The notes under the pieces were generated by a model. It saw only the letters and a list, made by a program, of their open reading frames with translations. It did not search any database and was not told where the DNA came from. Position numbers and translations under genes: made by a program. 64,000 nt of DNA, from positions 7,254,001-7,318,000 of the forward strand of contig CM035360.1 of assembly GCA_020137815.1 (NCBI GenBank), given 5' to 3'. Source of the DNA: Hormiphora californensis. Taxonomy: Eukaryota; Animalia; Ctenophora. Below are positions 28,566 through 47,713 of this stretch, piece by piece. Every line of letters begins with the position of its first letter. Position 1 is the stretch's first letter.

Positions 28566-29520
28566 GTTCCTTACTCGCTCCCGCTACAGAGCCTACCATA
28601 CCTACCGATCTTACACATAGACAGAGAAACAGAGCGATACGAAAAACGAGGAATTTCCTAGGTGTTTTTAGTTTAGTGTACGTCGCTTTAGTAATCAATT
28701 AATTTTAAGCCATCCGTAGGATGGCCTGGGTCCACTAGTAGGGATGTAAAGCGATAGAAACCTTCCCCGAATCGTATCTCATATCCATCGTCTAACACTC
28801 CTGATTGGCTTCACCGAATCATGTTCCAGAGAGGGGCATAGGGTCTAGGGATGTAAAGCGATAGAAACCTTCACCGAATCGTGTTTCATATCGTCTAACA
28901 CTCCTGATTGGCTTCCCCGAATCATGTTCCATTATATCTCGTATCGTCTCACACCGCTAATAAGCTTCCCCGAATCGCATTCACATGCTTAGTACTCAGA
29001 CCTGCCCTAAATTCAGACCTGCCCTAAATTGACCTGCCCTAAATTGACCTGCCCTAAATTCAGACATGCCCTAAATTGACCTGCCCTAAATTCAGACCTG
29101 CCCTAAATTGACCTGCCCTAAATTCAGACATGCCCTAAATTGACCTGCCCTAAATTCAGACCTGCCCTAAATTGACCTGCCCTAAATTCAGACCTGCCCT
29201 AAATTGACCTGCCCTAAATTCTGTCGAAGTTCTACCGACCTACCAGATACGGTAGTTTTAGGCAATTATACCACCCGGAAAGGAATTTGGATTATACGGC
29301 TCATCCCATAATCGAATTAGATCTAATTAGTAATTCATCAACGGGGAAAACAAGATCTCATTTGAGCGAGGGACGTGTGTACATTTTACACTACTGTGAC
29401 ATTGTCACAATGTCACACTGTTGCACATATCATGTACAGAAGGCGCGTCACTCATCTTGAGAGGTTTTCTGCGCGGACCGCGAAATTCGAACTGAAACAA
29501 GTACATGATGTACATTGTAC

Positions 29521-32158
<2,638 letters not shown>

Positions 32159-32169
32159 CTTCATGTATC

Positions 32170-37139
<4,970 letters not shown>

Positions 37140-37408
37140 TGTAACTTGATAATATTTGATTTGATAAGAGCAGTTGCCATATAAGGCGTGAACCCCTTTC
37201 AACCTTCAGGGACCCTACGCACGAGGGTCAGTGGAAATGACCGAGTGGAAGGGCAAGAGAGAGAAACACGATGCTAAGAGTGAGGTGAACAGCAGTGAGG
37301 TGGAGAGGGAGCACTTGAACAGGGGGGAAAGGGAAGGAAATGGAGAAGGGATATACTCCATTTTCTTCAACTGTTCACCCCCCAAAGTCGTGAGCGGAAT
37401 TATTAGAG

Positions 37409-38273
37409 TGATCCATAATGATTTTCAATCGCCCCTTCTGAGTCCACATTGGTACTGGGGACCAAAAAATTTTACAGAAGCGATCAGTTTGGCCAATTTT
37501 GGAACCCATTGACCATGTTTGAAGTTCATGATGGTTTTACGTAACCGGTGACGGACAATTTTTGAAGTTCAGCTTTTTTGCGGTCTACGTGCCCAAAAAT
37601 CAGGTCTCAATGTTAGCCTTGTAGAAGCCGTCAACACATACAGATCGACTCAGGGCTCCTTGTAGGGCTAGAATGACCTCTTTTGAGGATATTTGAGGAA
37701 AATCAAGTTCTTTCGATTTTCACCCTTGATTTTGTGGGCTATTTTTAGATTTCAGTCAAAAAGCACTTTTTTTCACTTTGAATTGCTGTCACCCTGGACC
37801 TAGTCGGTCTTTTGTCAAGATTTAGCGCTCAAAATATGAATTAAACCATGCTCTACATGATCCTAAAGTTTATTGATGGTTTTGAGTGTCTTAGAAGGTC
37901 TAAAAAAAGTCGCCCAAAAATGGGCAAATTTTTCTGGCTTTTGGGGCCATATTTTGAGCAATTATTAGCCCCCTACTCCAATCCCGCAACTTTTTCGGCC
38001 CATAAAAACTGATAGAATGGACTACTTCATGTGCAAAATAGGTCATTTCCCAAAATTTTTGCTTCCATTTTGAAGATTTTTTGGAAAGTGAGACGGTATT
38101 TTGGTCAACCACTTGGAAATGGGGTGTAGCCTTGAGAAAAAAGTTTACCAGGTCTTTACTAAGGATGTTAGTAGACCGAAATTGTGTCTGGAACAAGATC
38201 CTATAAAAATTTTATGGCCCCGATAAACATGAATATGAAGCAAAAAAATCGCAATTGAAAATCATTATGGATC
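37409..38273. mobile_element. MITE-like element
   Basis: TIR tgatccataatgattttcaat / attgaaaatcattatggatca. Confidence 0.6.
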
Positions 38274-38899
38274 ATTCTGATATTTTATGCGTTTATCACA
38301 TGTTCATCATCATCATCATACAAATATTTAATATTCCGCTTTGCAGTCTACTGCTAGAAGAGCACTTACATATGCTAAATCACACACAGGCAAAACTAAC
38401 GACTTTCTAAAGCGGTGGAGCCTACTTCGAATCGCTCGGTAACACACATTATTGTATAAGCCCAGGCCATTCGAAGGAGGCTCCAATACACACAATTCAA
38501 GAAACTAATTAGAATAATTAATGCCTGTTGTCAATTAAGTCCTTGTATATACAATTTATATAACTATAAGAGTCCAGATCTTCATGCATTAGATAATTAG
38601 TTAATATATGATTAGATGACTGGTTAAAATGGTCTATTACTTTTTAGTGCACGAGGCCGAAGGCCGAGTGCTCTAAATACAACAATAATGAACCGAGACC
38701 GACAGGTCGAGGTAGATCCTTTTACTTAGCTGCCGAGCCTGCGAGGCACGCTAAGTGTAACTACTGAGCGAGCCTGCGAGCTCTGTAGTTGTACTTTTGG
38801 GCCGAGCCTGCGAGGCCTAAAAGTGAAAGAATCTTTAACATTATTGTTGTGTAATAGAGCATGTAAAAGCAGTCATCTAATTTTATTAGATGATTTTGG

Positions 38900-38953
38900 A
38901 AACAAACTGAGTGAAAGAGATAAAGATTGAGTGAGAGAGAGAGAGAAAGAGAA

Positions 38954-39012
<59 letters not shown>

Positions 39013-39194
39013 TGTGCAGTAGTCACTACTGCACAGTGCACACGCCCTAACCCTTATCTTTTCTTCCCCTCTGCAACTATAGGTCACGTGATCGTCACGT
39101 GATGGCACCACACCAATGAGCGTCCTGCATCTGCTTTCCCTCTCTGCCTTCGATTCTCTCTTTTCCTATCTCTCTCTCTCACACACACACACAC

Positions 39195-39279
<85 letters not shown>

Positions 39280-39308
39280 TAATCTTTATCCCGTTCACTC
39301 AGTTTGTA
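38900..39308. repeat. Inverted repeat with (GA)n/(TC)n arms
   Basis: caaactgagtgaa..gataaagatt..(GA)n is mirrored by (TC)n..aatctttatc..ttcactcagtttg. Confidence 0.65.
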
Positions 39309-40885
39309 ATGTTTGTAATGTTCACACTGTGTGCGTGTGACTAGAAAGTGTTTAATTTTTCACATACCACTGCAGCGGTATTTTACTTTATAATTACTAG
39401 TGTTTTTGCAGTGGTCTAAAATTTCACAGTACACTTTAACCACCGGAAACGGTGTACTGTGAAAACTTAGATAACCGGTTAAAATTGTCTAATAAATTAG
39501 TAGTTAATAAGTTAGTTAAAAACACGCATACACACATACTTCACTTCACACTTATGTCTTATTTCGCAATTTAAACCTCTGATTAAATAACATGGCACAG
39601 TTTGTAATTGTCTATGAAACGGGATCAGTTCATATACATTTCGTCACAGTTTTGGGCCACCCATTCATGACTCCTTTGCACATCCACTATCCCTAGCCTC
39701 CCTAGTCGCCACTAAATAATGCTAGCGTGTCCCCCGTACTTTCAACTGTACCCAGGATGATGCTTGATCTCGGACTACTAGGAAACTCAAGACTTGAGGA
39801 AACTTCAATGACCTAATTACTGAAAAAGGGGAGAGAAACGGCCCGCTTGCGGGTGTTTAGGTTACGTGTTAGTGGACAGTTTACTGTCTAGTATAACTAA
39901 TATCTCTAGACACTACTAAAGGGGGTCGAGGATTGAAACTACATATTAATTACTTGCCCTACTCAATCCTCTGTCTAAGGGTTCAGCTCATGATATTGTC
40001 ACGATAAGCCCATCCTATCGTCCTTAACACCTGAAAATATTTTGCACCGGAGGTGGTGATTTAATTGTCAGTCGGAACCTCCGTATGCAGGCTGGCTCTG
40101 TGTATTGGAAAGTATAGTACTTGACAATACACAGCGCCATACCATGGTGTGGGTCGTTTATTGTTCATATCGAGTGTTACTCTACTGTCATTGTCAAAGT
40201 AAGTCTGCAGGGAGGGGGAGGGTGGGCTTTTTTTTCTTTTCTTTTTTTTTTTTTTCCTTTTTTTTTCTTCTTTCTTTTTATTGCCTCTTTTTTTTTTTTT
40301 TTTTTTTTTTTGATTTTTTAGCCCAGGCTCTTTTTTTACCGAGTTCTGGGGATCCGTCACATAAAAAGAAACCAATCAATCAACTCGAGTCTCCAAGTCT
40401 CCACTTTCTAGAACAATACGGAAAGTATTCAACTGGCCACCAGACACACAAACAACCTCCTCTATATCTCCTGACTCCCTACTCCCTAGTCCCTAATAAC
40501 TCTAAAAATTCAACGAATTCCTTTTATCACAATAGTACAACTCCTCACACATCAACTCCGGGAACAACTCGAAAACCCTTAGACCAGTACGATACTGACT
40601 CACACATCAACTCCAAACTAACATCAGAAAAACTCCCTACACACACATACAACAAGCTGGGATTCCTTTACTAAATTGTCTTCTGAAAACATTACACACA
40701 CCGACAAACTCTTACGACAACAGACTTTAATCACTCTCCATTATAAGCCCTCTGGAAAAGATGAGTCTTGAGGAGCACCTTGAAGCGGTCTTCTGAAGTT
40801 TCCTCCCTTAATTGTCTTGGTAGTTCATTCCACAGCTGGGGTCCAGCTATCGAGAGTCTTCTTTCAAAGTAATACAAGGTTTTTA

Positions 40886-40929
40886 ATTGTTTACTAATAG
40901 TTTCATGCTTTCGCAATCGTCAGAACAAT
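40886..40929 (-). ncRNA. Minimal type I hammerhead ribozyme
   Basis: Reverse complement of the 45191 motif. Confidence 0.85.
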
Positions 40930-40973
40930 GCTTGCAAATTTTAAAACGTTCAACTTCCTCTTCGACTCCTTCA

Positions 40974-43150
40974 TCAAACCGTTTGTTGAAGTGATGCCAG
41001 GTGTCCTCTCCGGTGGGGACATTTGTTAAGAAGCTCCCCTTTCTTGTTAATTAGTCCTTTCCTCGTTAATATTGCGAACTTTTCAGCCAGGCATAGAGAG
41101 CAGGTGATGTTGCCTGGGCGGTATGGTGGAGCTTTGGCGATGATCTGCCATGTTATGTCATACGTTATCTGTCTGTCATGGAGGCTCCAAACTAGTTTGG
41201 AGAGTTCTGTCGCTGTCCTGTGTTTGTCGTGTATTATTGTCGCCATGTGACCATTGAACCTGGTTTTGAATGACCCACCCGTCATTCCCACATATTTCTG
41301 TTCTACCCCGTCGCTGTGTTTGATTAGTGCTTCGTAGACTACACCGGATTTCAGGCATGTGTTTCCCACAGGACAGTTTTCTGGAATTCTGCAGTTACAC
41401 AGGCGTTCACTCTGTTTTTCCTCATCCTCCGCTTTCTTGAGTATCGCTTTGTTGTGAGACTTCACTATCCCGTCCATGTTTATCATACATGAGTACGAAA
41501 GTTTTATTGTTTTCTTGTTGAACAATGCGTGGAATGGATGTTGTGGTGGGAAGTGCAGTCTGACCAATTCAAAGAATCGTTCTCCGATGTTAGTGGCGAC
41601 GTTCTTGCTGAAGGGTGGATTATACCAGATGATTTTTCTTTGCCTTTTCCTGTTTTTGGGTTTTCCGGTTCTTCCTCTTTGTTCGTACATTAACTCCTTG
41701 CTGTATCCTGCTGTTTTCAAGGCTGCCTGGTATTCCTCTTTTGCTCCTTCGAATTCCTCCTCGGTACTGGATATGCAGCTAAGGCGTTTTTGTATCGATG
41801 CTGGAATGTTTTTAGTATCGATGATGGGTGGTTGGAAGCACGTTTCACGTAGGCGATGTTGCTGTTGGGTTTTTTGTACGGTTTGTAGCTTCCGTTTATC
41901 GCTGATAGTGTTACATCCAGTATGTTGACTATCTTTCCTGTTTGTTCCACTGTTATCTTTAATTGATTGTTTTTGAAGATCTTGTGGAGCGCTTTTGTTA
42001 TTTTGGTTATCTCAGGACCGTTGCTGTTTTCTACGTAGATTAGGCCGTCGTCGCGGTACAGTCCACAGTTGCTTCCCTTGTGATTTGTTTCCAGGTACTG
42101 TTGCACCTGCCCTAGTAGGAAGAGTCCTGTTAGATCCGCTGCTTCTGCCCCGTCCAACGCTCCCATGGTGATGTCGAAATCGCTGTTCTTTTTCCTCCAA
42201 ACTTTTCCATTGCTGAATAGCACGCTTTTCCTGCATGATTTGATGGTCTCAGTCTGTTCCGCACTGATATCGGTGTACCTTTTAGCGAAATCGAGTGATC
42301 TATCCATCAGTTGCTCTGATATTGATGGATAGAATTCGCAGATGTCAAACTGGATCAGTGATGCTTTTTTGGGTGTTGGGTTGTTGCGATGTTTAGAGGA
42401 GAACCAGTTGATCATTTCCTGGGTACTTATCCATTGTGCTAGGCCGGTTTTTTGTTTGCACTCCTTTATTATTCCTTCTGTGATCCTCTTGCTCACTCTT
42501 CCTACTTGGTTGGATGCTGGGTTGATGAGGCGGCATTTTGGGTTGTTTTGAAAATTTTCCTTGTGATCCTTTATTGTCAGAAATGCCTCCGCTTCACTGT
42601 GTTTTTCCATTCGGTCCTCTAGTTTTAGTGAATTTGCGTGTTTTCGGATGTTGGCGTTTATTTTGGCCAGGTTGTTAGTTCTGTCTGTCGTGTAGTCTTT
42701 TGTAATGTTATTTTGTAATAATTGTTTGTAGTCTGTCAAGCTCACACCATACCTGTTGTTGGTCTTGTCCGCGTTGATGATGATGTCTTTCCTCTCTTTT
42801 ATCCTCTTGGCTTCTTTTCCCATCTCAAGAAGTTTTGGATCTTGTATCTTCCTGAACTCGACATTTCCGATGAGGTGGTAGATGTCTCTTTCGAAGGGTT
42901 TTAGAAGTTCATGGGTGGGTGGAGTTTTTGTTGATTTGAAATCACTTCTGAGGATTTTTAGTTGAGGGTCGTCGTCTCCTCCGTCATCAAATTCCTGCTG
43001 ATCTTCTTTCCTCTCGAACCAGAAAACTTTCCAACGAATATTCTTCAAGAATTTTTCTGTCTGTAGGATTAGCTTTTTGATGTATTGGGATTTTGACGGG
43101 AGAGGGATGTCTTTGCCGTTGAAGTTTAGTTGAAGTTTTTCCAGTATCAT
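40974..43150 (-). CDS. Penelope-like RT + GIY-YIG, left copy (one A-run frameshift at ~41810)
   Basis: Near-identical to 45366-47543. A5 instead of A6 splits it into the 477-aa and 248-aa ORF calls. Confidence 0.88.
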
Positions 43151-43281
43151 GTTTGCCTTGAAAAGTGCTCAACTGTGGGATTCCACTGGAGCTTGTATCT
43201 TTGCTTATAAAGGGATTGCTGGTAAAGCGCTCGACAGGATCAAGATTCTGGAGCTGATTACAAAGTAATACAAGGTTTTTA

Positions 43282-43325
43282 ATTGTTTACTAATAGTTTC
43301 ATGCTTTCGCAATCGTCAGAACAAT
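43282..43325 (-). ncRNA. Minimal type I hammerhead ribozyme
   Basis: Reverse complement of the 45191 motif. Confidence 0.85.
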
Positions 43326-43747
43326 GCTTGCAAATTTTAAAACGTTCAACTTCCTCTTCGACTCCTTCATCAAACCGTTTGTTGAAGTGATGCCAGGTGT
43401 CCTCTCCGGTGGGGACATTTGTTAAGAAGCTCCCCTTTCTTGTTAATTAGTCCTTTCCTCGTTAATATTGCGAACTTTTCAGCCAGGCATAGAGAGCAGG
43501 TGATGTTGCCTGGGCGGTATGGTGGAGCTTTGGCGATGATCATTCAAAACCAGGTTCAATGGTCACATGGCGACAATAAGACACGACAAACACAGGACAG
43601 CGACAGAACTCTCCAAACTAGTTTGGAGCCTCCGTGACAGACAGATAACGTATGACATAACATGGCAGATCATCGCCAAAGCTCCACCATACCGCCCAGG
43701 CAACATCACCTGCTCTCTATGCCTGGCTGAAAAGTTCGCAATATTAA

Positions 43748-45050
43748 GGGTACGCTAACCAAAATTTTTTTTTCGAGTGCAGGGAAATCTCTCACCGCAG
43801 GGTTGTAGGCCATGCCAAGGAGACCTCAAATATGCAATTTTAGCCCTCAAGTCGAATTCATATTTTTGCTACAGCCGTTTTAAAATCGTCTTGAAAATTT
43901 CTGAAAAGACGTTTTTGATACCCTAAAAATACATTTTCAGGGCTAGAAGCTTAAAATTTTGGGGATTTGAAGGGGATAGGAAGGTTTATCGACACAAAAT
44001 TTTTTATTGAAATCGGTGATGATTTTCGGTCGTGAGATTGATTTACTTTTTTCCCTCTTAAAGGCCCTATTTAGCAAAGTTCCGAAAGTTTGTGAAGGCT
44101 GTGAATTGGTGAAAAGTTGCGTCTAACGATTATCTAAGTGGCCACAAATTTTTGGCGTGTCCTTATTTGAGACAAGCTGTACAGAGCTTTTTTTGTGAAA
44201 GCCGTTTTTTTAGAAATAAAGAAATAGCCTGTATCTCAAAAACGACTAATTTTAGAGACCTGAGACCAAGCTTAATCGATTCAGAAGGTCCGATTTTGGG
44301 GGGGTCTTCTGAGAGACATTTTTCTCCTACTTCAACGGTTTTCGCTGTAATTGCGAAAAACAAATCCTTTGAAGAGGGCAAAAGAGGAGTTCCGACAGCA
44401 GCTGCTTCGTGCTGCTTTTCCACCTTCTTGCTAAATCCTTTTTCGCAATTACAGCGAAAACCGTTGAAGTAGGAGAAAAATGTCTCTCAGAAGACCCCCC
44501 CAAAATAGGACCTTCTGAATCGTTTAAGCTTGGTCTCAGGTCTCTAAAATCAGTCGTTTTTGAGATACAGGCTATTTCTTTATTTCTAAAAAAACGGCTT
44601 TCACAAAAAAAGCTCTGTACAACTTGTCTCAAATAAGGACACGCCAAAAATTTGTGGCCACTTAGATAATCGTTAGACGCAACTTTTCACCAATTTACAG
44701 CCTTCACAAACTTTCGGAACTTTGCTAAATAGGGCCTTCAAGAGGGAAAAAAGTAAATCAATCTCACGACCGAAAATCATCACCGATTTCAATAAAAAAT
44801 TTTGTGTCGATAAACCTTCCTATCCCCTTCAAATCCCCATAATTTTAAGCTTCTAGCCCTGAAAATGTATTTTTAGGGTGTCAAAAACGTCTTTTCAGAA
44901 ATTTTCAAGACGATTTTAAAACGGCTGTAGCAAAAATATGAATTCGACTTGAGGGCTAAAATTGCATATTTGAGGTCTCCTTGGCATGGCCTACAACCCT
45001 GCGGTGAGAGATTTCCCTGCACTCGAAAAAAAATTTTGGTTAGCGTACCC
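43748..45050. mobile_element. Kolobok-like non-autonomous palindromic transposon with TTAA TSD
   Basis: TTAA|gggtacgctaacc ... ggttagcgtaccc|TTAA. ~610-bp arms. Uninterrupted PLE copies have a single TTAA (gcaatattaacgagg). GG rather than CC termini favour Kolobok over piggyBac. Confidence 0.85.
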
Positions 45051-45190
45051 TTAACGAGGAAAGGACTAATTAACAAGAAAGGGGAGCTTCTTAACAAATG
45101 TCCCCACCGGAGAGGACACCTGGCATCACTTCAACAAACGGTTTGATGAAGGAGTCGAAGAGGAAGTTGAACGTTTTAAAATTTGCAAGC

Positions 45191-45234
45191 ATTGTTCTGA
45201 CGATTGCGAAAGCATGAAACTATTAGTAAACAAT
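45191..45234 (+). ncRNA. Minimal type I hammerhead ribozyme
   Basis: Stem I attgtt/aacaat, core CUGACGA, stem II ugc-gaaa-gca, GAAA, short stem III c-uauua-g, GUA cleavage triplet at 45226-45228. Confidence 0.88.
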
Positions 45235-45365
45235 TAAAAACCTTGTATTACTTTGTAATCAGCTCCAGAATCTTGATCCTGTCGAGCGCTTTACCAGCAA
45301 TCCCTTTATAAGCAAAGATACAAGCTCCAGTGGAATCCCACAGTTGAGCACTTTTCAAGGCAAAC

Positions 45366-47543
45366 ATGATACTGGAAAAACTTCAACTAAACTTCAACGG
45401 CAAAGACATCCCTCTCCCGTCAAAATCCCAATACATCAAAAAGCTAATCCTACAGACAGAAAAATTCTTGAAGAATATTCGTTGGAAAGTTTTCTGGTTC
45501 GAGAGGAAAGAAGATCAGCAGGAATTTGATGACGGAGGAGACGACGACCCTCAACTAAAAATCCTCAGAAGTGATTTCAAATCAACAAAAACTCCACCCA
45601 CCCATGAACTTCTAAAACCCTTCGAAAGAGACATCTACCACCTCATCGGAAATGTCGAGTTCAGGAAGATACAAGATCCAAAACTTCTTGAGATGGGAAA
45701 AGAAGCCAAGAGGATAAAAGAGAGGAAAGACATCATCATCAACGCGGACAAGACCAACAACAGGTATGGTGTGAGCTTGACAGACTACAAACAATTATTA
45801 CAAAATAACATTACAAAAGACTACACGACAGACAGAACTAACAACCTGGCCAAAATAAACGCCAACATCCGAAAACACGCAAATTCACTAAAACTAGAGG
45901 ACCGAATGGAAAAACACAGTGAAGCGGAGGCATTTCTGACAATAAAGGATCACAAGGAAAATTTTCAAAACAACCCAAAATGCCGCCTCATCAACCCAGC
46001 ATCCAACCAAGTAGGAAGAGTGAGCAAGAGGATCACAGAAGGAATAATAAAGGAGTGCAAACAAAAAACCGGCCTAGCACAATGGATAAGTACCCAGGAA
46101 ATGATCAACTGGTTCTCCTCTAAACATCGCAACAACCCAACACCCAAAAAAGCATCACTGATCCAGTTTGACATCTGCGAATTCTATCCATCAATATCAG
46201 AGCAACTGATGGATAGATCACTCGATTTCGCTAAAAGGTACACCGATATCAGTGCGGAACAGACTGAGACCATCAAATCATGCAGGAAAAGCGTGCTATT
46301 CAGCAATGGAAAAGTTTGGAGGAAAAAGAACAGCGATTTCGACATCACCATGGGAGCGTTGGACGGGGCAGAAGCAGCGGATCTAACAGGACTCTTCCTA
46401 CTAGGGCAGGTGCAACAGTACCTGGAAACAAATCACAAGGGAAGCAACTGTGGACTGTACCGCGACGACGGCCTAATCTACGTAGAAAACAGCAACGGTC
46501 CTGAGATAACCAAAATAACAAAAGCGCTCCACAAGATCTTCAAAAACAATCAATTAAAGATAACAGTGGAACAAACAGGAAAGATAGTCAACATACTGGA
46601 TGTAACACTATCAGCGATAAACGGAAGCTACAAACCGTACAAAAAACCCAACAGCAACATCGCCTACGTGAAACGTGCTTCCAACCACCCATCATCGATA
46701 CTAAAAAACATTCCAGCATCGATACAAAAACGCCTTAGCTGCATATCCAGTACCGAGGAGGAATTCGAAGGAGCAAAAGAGGAATACCAGGCAGCCTTGA
46801 AAACAGCAGGATACAGCAAGGAGTTAATGTACGAACAAAGAGGAAGAACCGGAAAACCCAAAAACAGGAAAAGGCAAAGAAAAATCATCTGGTATAATCC
46901 ACCCTTCAGCAAGAACGTCGCCACTAACATCGGAGAACGATTCTTTGAATTGGTCAGACTGCACTTCCCACCACAACATCCATTCCACGCATTGTTCAAC
47001 AAGAAAACAATAAAACTTTCGTACTCATGTATGATAAACATGGACGGGATAGTGAAGTCTCACAACAAAGCGATACTCAAGAAAGCGGAGGATGAGGAAA
47101 AACAGAGTGAACGCCTGTGTAACTGCAGAATTCCAGAAAACTGTCCTGTGGGAAACACATGCCTGAAATCCGGTGTAGTCTACGAAGCACTAATCAAACA
47201 CAGCGACGGGGTAGAACAGAAATATGTGGGAATGACGGGTGGGTCATTCAAAACCAGGTTCAATGGTCACATGGCGACAATAAGACACGAAAAACACAGG
47301 ACAGCGACAGAACTCTCCAAACTAGTTTGGAGCCTCCATGACAGACAGATAACGTATGACATAACATGGCAGATCATCGCCAAAGCTCCACCATACCGCC
47401 CAGGCAACATCACCTGCTCTCTATGCCTGGCTGAAAAGTTCGCAATATTAACGAGGAAAGGACTAATTAACAAGAAAGGGGAGCTTCTTAACAAATGTCC
47501 CCACCGGAGAGGACACCTGGCATCACTTCAACAAACGGTTTGA
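45366..47543 (+). CDS. Penelope-like element protein, RT + C-terminal GIY-YIG endonuclease (725 aa); probably Hydra clade
   Basis: ADK motif, FDICEFYPSI, MGA, LYRDD, LDV, CNCx5C, GVVY...YVG...FKTRFNGH, CSLCLAEK...CPH. Clade assignment is from memory of the motifs. Confidence 0.9.
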   Translation: MILEKLQLNFNGKDIPLPSKSQYIKKLILQTEKFLKNIRWKVFWFERKEDQQEFDDGGDDDPQLKILRSDFKSTKTPPTHELLKPFERDIYHLIGNVEFRKIQDPKLLEMGKEAKRIKERKDIIINADKTNNRYGVSLTDYKQLLQNNITKDYTTDRTNNLAKINANIRKHANSLKLEDRMEKHSEAEAFLTIKDHKENFQNNPKCRLINPASNQVGRVSKRITEGIIKECKQKTGLAQWISTQEMINWFSSKHRNNPTPKKASLIQFDICEFYPSISEQLMDRSLDFAKRYTDISAEQTETIKSCRKSVLFSNGKVWRKKNSDFDITMGALDGAEAADLTGLFLLGQVQQYLETNHKGSNCGLYRDDGLIYVENSNGPEITKITKALHKIFKNNQLKITVEQTGKIVNILDVTLSAINGSYKPYKKPNSNIAYVKRASNHPSSILKNIPASIQKRLSCISSTEEEFEGAKEEYQAALKTAGYSKELMYEQRGRTGKPKNRKRQRKIIWYNPPFSKNVATNIGERFFELVRLHFPPQHPFHALFNKKTIKLSYSCMINMDGIVKSHNKAILKKAEDEEKQSERLCNCRIPENCPVGNTCLKSGVVYEALIKHSDGVEQKYVGMTGGSFKTRFNGHMATIRHEKHRTATELSKLVWSLHDRQITYDITWQIIAKAPPYRPGNITCSLCLAEKFAILTRKGLINKKGELLNKCPHRRGHLASLQQTV

Positions 47544-47587
47544 TGAAGGAGTCGAAGAGGAAGTTGAACGTTTTAAAATTTGCAAGC

Positions 47588-47631
47588 ATTGTTCTGACGA
47601 TTGCGAAAGCATGAAACTATTAGTAAACAAT
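47588..47631 (+). ncRNA. Minimal type I hammerhead ribozyme
   Basis: Identical to 45191-45234. Confidence 0.88.
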
Positions 47632-47713
47632 TAAAAACCTTGTATTACTTTGTAATCAGCTCCAGAATCTTGATCCTGTCGAGCGCTTTACCAGCAATCC
47701 CTTTATAAGCAAA

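Larger units (their letters stand above)
20331..29244. mobile_element. Large non-autonomous TIR element with subterminal 15/17-bp tandem arrays; host of nested insertions
   Basis: ggcaggtcggtagaacttcgacag + (aatttagggcaggtc[tg])n at left is mirrored at 28990-29244. The left arm continues at 22902-23029 and 26904-26940. No TSD visible. Confidence 0.75.
40867..47713. mobile_element. Inverted double Penelope-like element insertion with up to 15-bp TSD
   Basis: gagagtcttctttca at 40852-40866 and 47714-47728. Inversion junction at 43540-43541. Confidence 0.92.

Noticed and set aside
27650-28702. Long Ser-Leu / Glu-Arg ORFs (also at ~1.5-1.9, 14.2, 31.0, 36.0 and 38.8-39.3 kb)
   Set aside because: Translations of (CT)n/(GA)n microsatellites.
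44152-44647. Mirror-image ORFs on both strands
   Set aside because: By-product of the palindromic TTAA element. No transposase motifs.
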